Assembly: GCA_964057225.1 (NCBI GenBank)
Contig: OZ059896.1
Coordinates: 16,616,001 to 16,680,000 of the forward strand
Source: Auanema rhodensis
Taxonomy: Eukaryota; Animalia; Nematoda
Reading direction: 5' to 3'
Length of the DNA stretch: 64,000 nt
This document shows positions 1-13,720 of this stretch, piece after piece. A program made the position numbers and the translations under genes. The notes below the pieces were generated by a model. That model ran no database searches. It saw nothing but the letters and a program-made list of their open reading frames with translations, and was not told where the DNA came from. Position 1 is the first letter of the stretch; every line of letters begins with the position of its first letter.

Positions 1-294
1 ATAATTTTTTATTTCTTATAGTACAAATAGTAATTACAATCATGCAATTGTTACAAATATAAAATAAAATAAATGAAAAAATTTTCTTTTTTGAAGAAAA
101 AAAGGTTTAATTGAAAGTGAGTCGTGGTTGTACCCGATTAGTTTCGTTTGGAAAAACATAAGTAAGTTGGCACGCAGAATATAAATATCTAGTTAGGTTG
201 ATGTATATAGTTGCATAAAGATGAAGCTGATGCTGCTAATGCTTATGTTCATGTAGCAGCTACTGGTAGTAATCATGATGTTTCTTGTGCGGTT

Positions 295-1316
295 CTATAC
301 ATCTGAGATCAGAATTTCGATGAATACGAGAAAGAAGATGATGATTGGAATAAAAAATGGTATAATCATGATTTTTTTCGTGTTCGTACTTCCGTTACAA
401 TAGTGTCGATCACTACAACAGCACAGTCGTCCTTTGAGTCCAGTTAATTCAGTTTCAACACAAGTATTACGAATAGCCTAAACAATAAACGTTATGAGAC
501 ACCAAGTAACAGCATCAGAGATTTTAATACAAAACGATTCAAGACAGGTCAGACACAACATTGAATAATTGGCTTTTACAATGAAACTTTTCCCTTCTTT
601 TTCTTTTTTTTTTCTTTCCAAATGATTGGATAGGAGTAGAAGTACAGTCCCTAAGCAGCAGCCTTTTATGTACAAGAGAAAGAGAAAAATAGAATAACAA
701 TTTCTTTTGATTATGAAAATGAATATAAAAGTTTGAAATGCTATTTCATGCAAACTGGTCAGGTTTATAATCAAAAACAAGTAAATGAAAACGAAAAATA
801 GAACTTGGTTTATAAACCAATTAAAACGCTTTTCCATCTTTGAAAGATGAAAAAAAATTGCGACAACAAATGTTTCACACTCGATACAGAAAAAACAAGG
901 AAAAGGAGAGAGGGAGAGAGAGAGAGAGAAAGAGAAAATGAGCAAGTAGGGAAAGTTGGTTGGATGCTCGTTGGAATGATACCAAGAGCGCTGTAGAGCT
1001 TAACAAAAACACAATGAATGGTATTGGGCCAACTTACGTTGCAAATTAAATTGGAACATCCCATTGACATTACTTCATTAATAGCTGATTCTTCATAGAA
1101 TCTATAGCAATATGCTTCACCCATACCGAAAATTGGCTCACAGTCTTCTGTAGCAGAACAGAAAAATTTTTGTTGAGAAACTAATTTATGCATCAAGGCA
1201 CTACCTGTATCCTGATACGCATCTTGACCAACTATGTATTTGAGACCTTTATAACAACGAATTTTCTGACTTAAAACAGCATTAACAATGAAAAGTGAGC
1301 AGACAATCAGCCGCAT
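295..1316 (-). CDS. Ly-6/uPAR (three-finger, LU) domain protein, signal peptide plus C-terminal hydrophobic tail (probably GPI-anchored); 3 exons: 1316-1205, 1147-1038, 477-295
   Basis: Spliced product MRLIVCSLFIVNAVLS-QKIRCYKGLKYIVGQDAYQDTEDCEPIFGMGEAYCYRFYEESAINEVMSMGCSNLICNAIRNTCVETELTGLKGRLCCCSDRHYCNGSTNTKKIMIIPFFIPIIIFFLVFIEILISDV*. It has 10 Cys in the mature domain and the terminal CCxxxxCN-type motif. GT-AG introns keep the frame, and an acceptor (ttgcag) lies directly before the ATG. Confidence 0.8.
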
Positions 1317-3172
1317 CTGCAATATGATCGAAATATTTTAAAGATTTTGCTGCAAAATGATGTGTAAAACGAGGCAATAAACGACAGAACGATGTAAACA
1401 GTAACGGCGATGATGACTGATGTGGCCAAAAGGATAGGGAAAAGCATACGAATTGGCTGAGACTTATAAAGAATAGTTCAATCTTCGATCATCATGATAA
1501 CAACGATGAGAATAAATAAAAAACTTTTAGTAAGCTATAGTTAGCGAATTCCAATCAAAAAATTTGGCAAACACTCTGAATATTACATAATATGGAAATA
1601 AATATAATATACAAATTAGAAAGACACGCAAAGCAAAACTTAACAAGAATAATAATAATTAACAATATTTCATGAAAATAACTCATATATAGAAATAAAA
1701 ATGGATTCATTACGATTATAAAAAAAGAAATTATAAGTATGACTTGCAAAATATTATAAAAACATTGAAATATGGGCAGGACATATAAGGTCGTTGACAA
1801 CATAGCAACACCTCGAGGTCATGAATCGATTTAAAAATTCTTTTATAAACTATTACGATGAATATTACATAAGAACTGTAGAAATAACAAAGGCTGATAT
1901 ATCTATGTGATATCAATAAACTGAAAAAAAACTATTTCTAAGGTATTATTACTTGTCTAGTATATACAATGTGAAGAAAGAGACACATATATAAAGAAAT
2001 ACATAGAGTAATCCAGAGTGAAGAAGAGGTATAAACATGTAAATAAAAGGAGTAAGAGAGAGAAAGAGAGAAAGAGAGAGAGAGAGGGGGGGGGAGAGAG
2101 AGAGACTATAAAGAGAGGAAGTAAGTAAATGGTTGAAAATAAAAAAAATTGAAAAGGAAACATAAGGCATATGATTTTAAAAGGATACGAAATCACATAA
2201 ATAAGATTTTTATAGAAATGAGTTAATTATTTATAGAAAATGATTCGTAACATAATTAAAATAGTCAAAAAGAAGACATTTAAAGATTAAAAAATAAAAT
2301 ATTCAAATGAATAATATATATTAAATGAAAAAATAGTCAACAGATGTTTTTACATAGCCAATCTGACCCAACATATTTTAGAAATTGATTGTCTTCTGCC
2401 AAGTAAAATGGTTCATGCCCCTGACACCACTATTGAAAACGCAAATGTGATACGAAGAACAATAGCGTATAAACTAGTTTATAAGCAAGAGGAGAAACAT
2501 GCTAATAATGGCAAAATTGGATATTTTTACCCTTTTCCTTCTATTTTCATATTTTCAGTTAAGGTTTCTTCTTGGAAAAAAAAGCGAAATTTAAAAATGC
2601 AAAACAAATAAAACAAAATCAGATAGTAAAACAAATGATAAATGAACTTTATTGTTAAGAGAAAGATAAAAAAGTAATAAAAATACTTTAATATAAAATA
2701 TAATGATAATGAAGTTAGTAAAAAGAAAAGAAAATAACGTTTCACAACAATAATAATAATAACAACAACAACAACAACAACAACACTGATCAAGGTGAAA
2801 AGAAGACTATTTAACAAGTTCTAATGAAAAAAAGATAAAAATTAAATTCGGTAGCACATTGACCTCAGATCAACCAGTAGTATCCATCATTTGATATCAT
2901 TATTGAAAGTATGATGATGGCAAACTAGGTCAGGAATTACAAATTAAATGGGTAATACACATGTATATACAAGGAAATCAAATCGAATACTCATCTCACT
3001 TTCGACGTTGCAAGTCAAATTCGACTTTTTTTTTAAGAATTGAGAGAAAGAGGAGAAGACCCTGAACAACTAAAGCAGACGATAAGCCGGAAACATTCCA
3101 ATAGTTACATGAAGACGATTCTTTACAATTTGAAAAATACACATTGTAAATCTGACGAAATAAACAGACATA

Positions 3173-6100
3173 CTAGGTATTAATGACACAGTTTCTCATA
3201 TCTGTTAACATCTGAAAGCAAAAAAAAAATATTTTAGATATCAAAAATCAGAAATTAAATAACCAAATAGGCGTGTCAGCTATTCTTTATAAGTTTTAAA
3301 AAGAAAAAAATTGATTTTATGATGATAAAAACGATGTAGATCATTTTTTCCTCAGTGATCTCTCGTATACTATTCGGTCTTCGGTCTCTCTTATATCATC
3401 TATCTTGACTTTTTCCTATATTTCTTTATTTGTTTTGTGGAAATGTTTGGATATGAAGTGATAAACCTAACCTACTAGCTATAAGATTAGTCCTATAATG
3501 CACTTTTTTCTTTGAAATTTTCATTAAATTGACCGAACTTGTATCAACAGCCAAATTGTATTCTAAGTTCCTCTCTCTTTCTCTCTCTCTCTTTCTCTCT
3601 CTCTCTATTTCTTTCTCTCTCTGTTTCTTTCTCTCTCTCTTTAACTATATCTCACTCTCTTGTAGCGGTTTGTCCGACATATTTCAATATCTAGCTAATA
3701 TTCTTTACATACTTAGAATTATTTTATATTAATCAGCTTGCATCTTTTAATATATCTTATAATCATTGAATATACTGGTATTATCTTGCCATCCCTGATA
3801 CTTTCTTATACAAACTAGATTAAACGGAAATTGTATCGATGATGTTTATTCTTCTCTTTTTCGTACTTCTTCTATTAGTTTAATGATCATTCTTGATATA
3901 TCTCTATGATTTTGTTTTCTTTTCAAGCCGTTTATCTTTAACATTTGAATCTTCAATGTAAAATTAATATTAATATTGATGTTTAACAAATCAAAATACA
4001 GTTTATTTATGAAATTATCTGTGACACCTTAATATATTGATCAAACAATTCTTTTTCAACTTCATATTTAAATCGTCGATGTCGTTGTCGTCGATTAGAA
4101 TAGAAAAGCATAAATAGTATCAGACCGATTGCTATTCTGAAATTTTAATGAATTTAACTAATACTATAATTATTCATGCTGTTACCGGTAGAAACATTAG
4201 TTTATACATGAAGATATAGAGGGTTTTCATCTTTATCTGTATTAGAGACGTTAGATAGGGATGTTTAGGAGAGGCGATGCGTGAGAAGTGAAAGAGAGAG
4301 AGGTACTGAGATACTGGAGCCCCATGAAAGCAATGATTCTCACCCGAAGAAAAATGAGGCTAATAATCCATCTGATAACCATCGTCGGTTTCGCTTGTCT
4401 TTTCGTCTTTTGCTTGAACCTTTACGTAAGACTTTAATTTCTGTACTTTGACGATCTAGAAAATGAGTTCCAGCCCACAACTCACATGAATAGTTGCCAC
4501 CATCGGTGTGTTGTAACTATATGATTAAGGCTATGAGAATATCAAGTTTTAAATTTTAGCTTACGTCAGTTATAATCAGAATTTGCTGATCGGATTTCAT
4601 TTGTATTTTAGTTGTAAGTTGTTCTATTGTGACATCATTTTTCTTCCATTCAATACGTTGATGGCTTGTTGATATGTTGGCTGTACAATCCAAAAGCAAT
4701 GTATCACCTTCTTCTTGTACTCTATCCAGAAGTGGTTGATGAAACTTATTTTCTGTAGTAAAGTATGTTGTTCGCTGAAGCTGTCTGACTCATAAACGTA
4801 CGATAAATCCTAAGTGTGGCACTAGCTTGTGCGATACCAGCAGAATTGTTTGCAAGGCATGTGTATACTCCCTGTTATGTGAAAAAAATAAGAATTTCAA
4901 CTGTTTGGTATTCAGAATATGTTACCGTATCAGCTAATGTGACATTCAAGAAATAGAGATGGTCATCATTTTGACGAACATGAAGACGTAATTCCCGTGC
5001 TGCCGGAAATGTCTGGTCACCGTCTTTCGACCAACGCAGTTGTGGAAGTGGAACACCTGGAAAAGTGTATTGGTTAATCATCGCTTTCTCTTTTATTTTT
5101 TTTTTTTGCATTCCTTCATGTTTTTTCGTTTTCCTTATGCTAAAAGGTCAACTAACCCGTAGCTGCACAGATAATTTTGGCACTTTGTCCCACTAATGCA
5201 GAACTATCATCTGGTTCATGTAAGAATATTGGAGCTTGATTAACCTAGAAATACGTTTAGCTTATTGTTGGAAGCAATGATTGAAAGAATTCTTATAGAG
5301 ATTACCTCAAGTAAAAATTTTTTACTGAAAGCTTTTGCATATTGATTACTAATTGCACACTGATATTCAGCTCTATCTTGTAATGTAATGTCATTTAGTT
5401 CTAGAGTACTTTCAACTATAACATGTTCCATACCTAAATTTGATAAAAAAATTTCAAATCAATGTTATTTATATATCATACTATGCATATCCACACGTCG
5501 ATTTTCCAGGATACTGGTTGTTGCATCTTCATCTAATGTTCGGGATTTTCCATTTTCAAAGATTCGCCACTAAGAATCAAAAATATTTTTTTAACTTAAA
5601 AATTACTAGAAAAACAATACCTCAACAAAAATTGGTGGATATCCAGTGCCATTACAAGTAAAACGAGCTGTATCACCTACAGTAAGCTGCACAACAGACG
5701 GTGGATGATGTAGTATTCTTGCTCTGGGTGAATCGTCTATTGAAAATCAAATAAAAAATGAACAGAAGGATTTGAAGGTTGAAACTAACCACAAGTAAGA
5801 TTTGCAACATCAATGAATAAAACATTAATTCCATTGAATGTTTTTGGATAAGAACAGATTAACTGTACATCACTTCTATCTAACCCAGAAGATGAAAACC
5901 ATTGTGGAAACCAAGACATATGACAGTCACAAAGTAATATTGATGTAGTTAATTTTCTGAAATTCACAAAAGAAAACATTTCATTTGATTTTCAGATTAA
6001 TTTGAAAAGATAATAGCATTTCATGCCCAGAAGATCGTACAGTTTTTTGAGTCGAAGAGGTTCAAACGCTCCTGGGTGCAGTGTCGCAATAGGATTATCT

Positions 6101-8289
6101 GTCAGATCAAGTTCTTCTAAAGCTGGAAAACGAGCAAATGCTCTGAAAGTATGTGTGTATATGTCTATAGCTCTGAGATTGGCATTATTTCAACTTACCG
6201 ACTAGGAACAACTTTCAATCGATTTGAAGCTATTTTTAAATATCTCAGATAAGGCATGGAAGTATTATAGATGATTGTCTCATCCTCTGCACATATAATT
6301 AGAGAATTTCCAGAAATATCAAGCCTGTTTTCAAGTTTAAATGAACTATTATAGCTTGAATGAAAAACAAACGTTTCTAGGCTGTCTAAACCCGTTAAAG
6401 AAGTTTTATGTAGAGTATGAATAATATTTGCTGCTAGAAAAAGATGTTCCAAACGAGGTAATAATCGAAAAGCGCCTGATGGCAGGCTACGTAACATATT
6501 ATTTTCTAACGATAGAAATCTGAAAAATAAATATGATATTAGATATATAACGAATATTTCATTTGACTTTAAGTTTGGGCTGTGACTCCAGATATTTGAA
6601 TTAAATGAAGGTATATGGTTAATAGAGAGATCTCTGAAAACATAAGATATTTATGAAAATCTCGTTGATACGAATGTGTAGTTACAGAGTTTCCAATTGC
6701 TCCAAACCTAAAAGCCATCCTTCTGAAACGGAAGTCAAGCGATTATGTGAAATATTGAGTGATTGAAGGGAACCACATCCATGAAAGCTACCATCCTCCA
6801 AACTGAAATTTGAAAATTACGAGGGCATAAAGTAGAAAACATTGAAAAAATTACTTATGAATACGATTTTTTGATAAATGGAGATCAATAAGGGATCGTA
6901 ATCTGAAAGTAAGAGCTGGAATACTTCTTAATTGATTTCTAGCTAAGTCTCTGAAAATAGAATGAGTTGAAGCTTATATGATTTGAATAAAACATACAAA
7001 GTTTTCAACTTGTCCAACCCACTGAAAGTGCTTTTCTCAAGTTTCTGTATCTTATTTCTGTATAAACGTAATGAAGTTAATTCAGGGAAAGCCTTAAAGA
7101 GAAAATTTATGTCAAACTCAATGCTATTCTTATACTTGAAAAGTAAAATCATTTAGATCTTGGATGAGATTTGCGGTTAAATCTCTGAAAATATTTTGAT
7201 TAGTAAAGGAAAGTTGAGTATAGAGACGATTACAGTTTTTCTAAAACAGATTCCTCGATTTGGGACACTACTGGAATGGAAAAAAGTTTATTTCTAGAGA
7301 GATCAACGAAGCGAATTGAAGAGATTGTTCTTATGCTTTCATCAGTTAAATTAGCAATAAGATTGGAACTTCTGAAATATTACGGTATTCAGACATAACA
7401 TGTATTCAAATCTTACATATCTAATTTTTCTAAAGAAGAATGAGTTAGAGGTATTTGTGTCAACTGATTTTTACGTATATTTCTGAAAATATAAATTTTT
7501 TACAGATGAAAATGAAAAAAATAAAGTAATAATAAACATTATTTATTATGAAAACATACAAGTAGGTTAGCCGATTAAAACTTTTAAAATTGCCATCGAT
7601 TTTACGAATACGATTATCAGACAGATTTCTTTAAAGAAAAGTGATAGTTAAATATATAATTAAATAAGAACTTACACACTTATAACATCTTTATGTATTG
7701 TTGAAGTATTAAAATATTCAATATTATTACTTGAAACGTCTCTAAAAAATTTTTTTTTTATCTAATTTTTGATTTCTTTTTTTTAGGCAAATAATTCTAT
7801 TTTCAACCTAACTTGCTTTCTCAACATTATTTATAAAACGATGGGATAGTGGGAAAGAAAGAGAAGAATGAAAGAGAATTATTTGAAAATTGAAATAAAA
7901 GAGAAAAAAGAAGTAATCATCCCATTACATAATAACAATTTCATTACGATAAATGGAATTTTTTTGAATTTTTAATTTATATTCAATGTAATAATAAGCA
8001 ATTATCATATTTCGTTTATCTAGAAACGCCAACTTTTGGTCTCAAATCTTTGCTATAAATTGAAAATAGCATGAAAGTAAGGAAAGAAAAAAGAAAATAT
8101 TTGATTCATCCGGTTTTTTTGTTTCACTTACATTATATGAATATTTGATGGAATATTGCTAGGAAACGAGCTTAAGCCTCTTCGAGAACAGTCGAGTCGT
8201 TCGTTGCGACAAGTACAAAGAAATGGACAGCATTGTGTCAGATGAATGTAACAAACTATGAACAACAGGAGTAATGAACAACGAAACAT
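3173..8289 (-). CDS. sma-10: LRIG-family leucine-rich-repeat plus 3 Ig transmembrane protein (SMA-10-like BMP-pathway regulator); many exons; last exon uncertain
   Basis: Signal peptide and LRRNT ([39 protein letters not shown]), serial LRRs ([25 protein letters not shown]), LRRCT ([13 protein letters not shown]), Ig repeats ([16 protein letters not shown]; [21 protein letters not shown], which matches the LRIG FPAARERR motif; DGGNYSCEL), and TM segment [21 protein letters not shown] with a short tail. The stop is either near 4010 (read-through) or at 3173 (spliced). Confidence 0.85.
3571..3641. repeat. Imperfect (CT)n microsatellite
   Basis: Directly visible CT tract. Confidence 0.85.
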
Positions 8290-9303
8290 ATCATCATTCT
8301 AGAGATAAATATCTGGAAGAATATATTACAAATTAATTAAATTTGAAGAAAAGAAAGCAAATGTTGCCTTACTAATCTAATTCGACTTATAATTTAAGCT
8401 TTTGATTTGAGTGAGATAGTTGACTGAATGTCCACACAAAATTAGGATGAAATCTTTCTGAAGTTATTTATATAACAAACAGAGTAAAGACAAGTATATA
8501 AATTCAAAGTTGAAGCAGTGTGAGTTCAAAATCTAAGTGGGAATATGAAGGTTCATTCGTTAGATATGAAACGGTGAGTATTCGCCCCCACAGACCAGGT
8601 ACAAGATTACTGTTGATAAAACATGAGTTTGATACACTAAACCAGTAGCAGAAAGAGAAGAAAACAACAACAAGACTGATAATGCTGACTGAGTAATAAA
8701 GCAGTCGTCTAGACAGATTGCAAGTGCATGATGTCAATGTAGTCAGAGAGGTCACAGATGGTTTGGAAGATTGTCTAAGAGATATACACATATACAGTTT
8801 TCAAATCAATGTAGAACTTCTGTATGATCTAGAAATGATTTTTGCTGACGCGTTTTCCAAAGGTTAATGATAAGCGGAATATGTGAAGCAGACTCAAAGG
8901 AACCTACGCAATAAACTGAAAATGATAAGCAGTTTTCCGGCTACAATGTTATACACTGTATATGAGAAGCTAGTATTTTCAGAAATTGGCAACTTCCGCA
9001 CATTTTTGAGGAAAATCGTTAAAAATTTAGCTTTTTGTTAAAACTAGCTGGAAAAATTTTCATTCGGAAAACAAAGTAGTCAAGTGACTCCGGAGAGTGC
9101 CGATTTGAGCAATCAGACTGACAGACCCATAGAGTAAACTTCTACCGTAACCGTCGTTAGGTCAAAAATATCGGGCGCATAAAATAGGCGTCGATTATGA
9201 GTATCGTACGTGAACGCCGTCTTTTGAACGCCGTCCTGTTGTGATGAGGCGGACATTTTTTTAAATATTTACATTTGTTACTTAAATTTTTTCAGGCTCA
9301 AAA

Positions 9304-10430
9304 ATGTCAGACAGCCTTAAGAAATATATGGATAAAATGGAAAATCTTCCACCTTTTATGCAAAAAAATGCTAATGAAATACGAGACTTAGATTCTAAGG
9401 TTAGCGTTTTTTAATCGATAAATTAAAATAGAGAGGATGTTTAGGTTCAAGAATTGATGAAAGAAATGAAGCAGAAAACTTTAGCTAATTTGAAAAATTA
9501 TAAAAAGATCTCACGTGATCACAAAACGAGATTATATAAAGATATGATGGTAATTTATTTATGCTAAACTATATTTCTTCACTTTTCAAATAGCTCTTTA
9601 TTAAAAAATCTTGCTTTGTTATTTCATGCTTTGGATTTTCAGACTATTTTCAAAGAAACAGAAAGGTTATCTGAAAAAAAAGTTCAACTTGCACAAAAAA
9701 TGTATGATACTGTGGACAGTCACATTTGTGAAATCGATAAACATGTGGAAAAGTTCAACGAATATCAAATGAAGAAATATAATCAAGAAACGGCTAAGCT
9801 CAATGGTAGGATGCTGTTCTTCTCGCTTTTATAGTGATATTGTTGTAGGATGTGATTCACCTGATAGGAAGAGAAGACCTTCCCAGTCTCGAAATGAGAA
9901 AAAAAAGAAAACTACCGATTATCGTGCTGCTCGAATTGCAGAAACAGGTGCGTGATATTCTTTTACATTATTTAATTTCTGTGTGATTATTATTAGCTAC
10001 TAAAAATCTCTATGTACAGAATGGTTGCATTCCCGTTTGTTTAATGCTTACTTGTAGGAGCTATGATGGATGCCTTCAAACCCAAGCCACTTCAAATTCA
10101 GCCTGCTTTAGATATGCCTGTAGACCCTTCTGAACCTACATACTGCTTTTGTCATCAGGTAATGCTTGTAAATGTTAATCATGTGAATATTGCTTTGATA
10201 GGTATCCTTTGGTGAAATGGTGGGCTGTGACAGTAAGGATTGTCCTTATGAATGGTTTCATTTCCAATGTATTGGAATACAAGAAGCACCTGTTGGTAAG
10301 TTCTTTATTTTTTTTAAGTTTTTTTTTTTTTTTTTTAATTTGTATTCTAAATGACATTTGATTTTCATTTTTAGGTCAATGGTACTGTGACCATTGTAAA
10401 AACCCTAAGAATAGGAAGCAGAAGAAATAA
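9304..10430 (+). CDS. ING-family (inhibitor of growth, ING4/5-like) PHD-finger chromatin reader; 7 exons
   Basis: N-terminal ING coiled coil ([30 protein letters not shown]...[18 protein letters not shown]) and C-terminal PHD ([55 protein letters not shown]). A TTTTCAG acceptor lies 8 nt before the ATG. Possibly the lsy-13 orthologue (not certain). Confidence 0.9.
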
Positions 10431-12079
10431 TCGTATCAAAGAAGCATGAATTAATCTTTACGTGTATATTCTTTTTTGTTGTACATTTCTAAACATTTAA
10501 CCACGATTCTCCTACTTGTATCTCACTAACTTTGTAATTAAATACTTGACTGATTAAATTTTGTTGTTCTATTTTACATTTTATTAGGAATTGAGATTTA
10601 GTTATTCAACAACTTGAGGTGCGCGAATTATTGGTGTTTAAGAATCCTATTGGATAATGAACACTCATTGCCTCCGGCCCAGCACAAGAATAAAGGCTAT
10701 TTGGGTCCTTTTCTCAAATAGGAGGAGTCTAATTTGCCAAATCGCTGCTGTTTTTCAACTATTTTCTTTGAAAAAGCATTGAAAGCTGGATTATGTGAGG
10801 GCGTACTCGAAGTTAGATCCATTCAGACTTTTCCGCCTATCAAATATTTCAAGAAAGCAGTTTCTATGAATAATTTGGACGACTTCAGTTCACCGATCTT
10901 GTCGTTTTTTTCAATTATTTCGTGTATTCTTAGATAGAGCCAGCTTGAAAAACATGAATATATCCATAATTCATTTCTAAATTTCAAAAAGTGTGGTAGT
11001 TGGTCAATAAACTATACCTGGTTTAGCATTCTTGAGAATAATATTTAGCTTAACAGCTCATCACTACGTAAATCAAACACATCTCTCTTACCGCATCCTA
11101 TATATTTTCTTATTCCAATGCCTTTTCTCTCTCTCTTTCTCCTATTTTTGATCCACATTTCTATATATGTAAAGTTATTTATAAATTATTCAAGTTCGTA
11201 GAATCTATGAGATTTTTGGGCAAATACCTCGAACTGCCTCATGAAAATGCGCCAAATCTATAAAGCTTAATGATCAACGACATCCTTTTGAGCTTGTCTT
11301 CGTATTGTATTCATTGTCATCGTCGTCATTTTCCTCTTTTTTTCATAAAATCTTAATTTTTACTTCTGTTTCTACATCTATTTTCAGGTGCTCAAATTAA
11401 AAATGTGATGCCGCAATGAAAAATCTAAGAGAATAGGCATGAGAGGGAGGTTGTGAATGAATCAAAAGATGGATGAAATAAAGAGAGAGAGAGGGAGGGA
11501 GAGAGAAAGAGAAAAAAAAGGAAAAGAGGTTGGGGAGGGGAGGAAGAGAGGTGTAGAAGATAGAGATATATTTAGTGGTGTGAGGGTGTGTCTGTGTCAC
11601 TCGACTCACTCACACACATTACGCTGCCGCATTTATCATTCGTTCATTCTGCTTTTCCCACCCTTCGTTTTGTTCCATCTATCTTATCCAGATTACTATT
11701 ATCTTTGCGTTATATCTCAGTTGGTCTTTCTCAATCGTTTTCACTATGTTCTCAATTTACCTCGAAATCCCAACTGTAAATCCTATACTACTCATCTTCC
11801 CGTCTCCTTTTCCATCTTATGCTTCTTCTCTCTTTTTCTCTCTCCTGCCAATAGAAACACCAACAACAAAGCTACCAACATGATCCCAATGTCGCTGAAG
11901 ATGATTCTCTTAGTTCTCATTAGGCTTTCATGCTTCATCTTTTCTTCTATATGCTCACTCACACAGCTTTATCGCGTCAACATAAGAGAAGTAGCCTATT
12001 TAGATGGTTCAGTTATAACCCGACTTACAATCTCTCTGTGTACTATGTGGTATTGATCACTCTCCCTTATTCTATCTTT

Positions 12080-12083
<4 letters not shown>

Positions 12084-12126
<43 letters not shown>
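12084..12126. repeat. (CT)n microsatellite upstream of gpa-7
   Basis: About 21 perfect CT units. Confidence 0.95.
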
Positions 12127-12129
<3 letters not shown>

Positions 12130-13720
12130 ATATATATACATATTTCTTTCTTCTATATCTCTCTACCATGCTTTACAGCTTTATCTCTATTTTTCTCTTC
12201 ACCCCTCATCTCTCTCATATCTAATAGCTATGTTACTGCTGCCTTTTCGAGGTCCCACTAGGTTCCAAGCATTCTCTTTCTCTCCCTGTTTCAGACATTC
12301 TCCCTCATATCCTCTAATTCTCTAACTCTCTCTCTATAAATGTCTGCATGTGCATGTGTGGATGAAGCCAAGATGAATAGGGAGTGAGCGGAGTGTCAGA
12401 CAAGCAGAGACCTTGCGGTTCACACTGTCGTGGGCAAGATAGACATGCAGAGAATTTCATGGGCGGAGGCAAAGGGAGTGGAAAGAGAAAAAGCTGCCAG
12501 TCTCGGTGTCTTTCTCTGTCACTCACACATACACACTTACACTTATATATTTATATATATATATATCTAATATATCTAATAGAAATATATAGAAATATAC
12601 ATATATATATATATATATATATGCAAATTGAGTGAAAAGGAGAGGTAAAACCAGGTATGTTAAGAGAGTGAAGATAAATGAATGATAGCGAGTGGGAAAA
12701 ATCGCGAGAAAGAGAGAGAAAATGAGAGTATTAGAGAAAAAAAGAGAAAGGTTGATGCAGTTTTCTAATGCTTGTCTTGCTCCACCTCTTTTCGCCATGC
12801 TTCACCTCTTGTTCGTTAGTGAATCTGCTTGTACAGATTGGTTCACAATGCTAAACACTTCCGTTTGCTAGAGATTTTTATCCTCTTCATGATCTTTGCA
12901 TTCAGTTGCAAGATTCATTTGTCAAATCAATTTTCCTCAAACATTTTTCACTTGTCTTCTCGATAATTACTTTTCGTACTCGTTTGATGATATGTCGTTA
13001 TTTTGCATCGCATTGGTGTCGTCATTTTCGTCGTATTCGTTCTTATTGTCATCATAGTCGTCTTCTTCTTCATAGGCAACGACTGCAATATCATCATTCG
13101 CAACAACTTCTAGACTAATCGTGTATACATACATATATTTATGTATATACATATAGATGAAGTCACATAATACGTAGACGAAACCTCTAGAATAAAGAAA
13201 GCGAAGGAAGTGAGAAAACTCAGGAGATGTGAAGACAATGCCGAGAAACTTTCACATACTCACTCAGCAGCGTTTTCACAGCTTTCTCAGCTTTCTTAGT
13301 TCGTACAACAACACCCCCACATCGCTGATTACATTTGATGTTTTATAAGATTCCATGTTTAGTCATTTTGTATCTTGCTTGTCATCTTTCCGTCAGATGC
13401 AGCCGGCTCTCTTGTTTCTTGTCGTCGATCGTTCTTATCCTCTCCCCAACTCCTATTACTACGAAAGACTACTGCGTCATCTTCTTCTCCTGCTCTTCTT
13501 CAGCTTTTTCATTGCCAGAATTCACATTCATACATTGTTTTCTGAATTTAATTTCAAATTTTCTCTTTATTCCTCGTCAAAGACATCTTTTTTCAATTTT
13601 CTTCTTTCGATGTTTCATAAACGTTTGATATCAACTAGTTTTATATTTTTTCGTTGCACTTTCTTAAAGTATTATCAAGGCGATAACTTTTAAGTTTCTT
13701 ATTTAGGCTTCTTATCGAAT

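Noticed and set aside
4517-4521. Apparent in-frame TAG in sma-10 Ig3
   Set aside because: It is the intron acceptor (catatag|TTA CAA), so the gene is not a pseudogene.
11397-12798. Several 60-199 aa ORFs upstream of gpa-7
   Set aside because: They run through CT/GA/TA microsatellites and translate to SLSL, RERE and YIYI tracts; no splice-supported model.
12967-13152. Asp/Asn-rich minus-strand ORF
   Set aside because: By-product of the GTC/ATC triplet-like tract; no splice context or recognisable domain.
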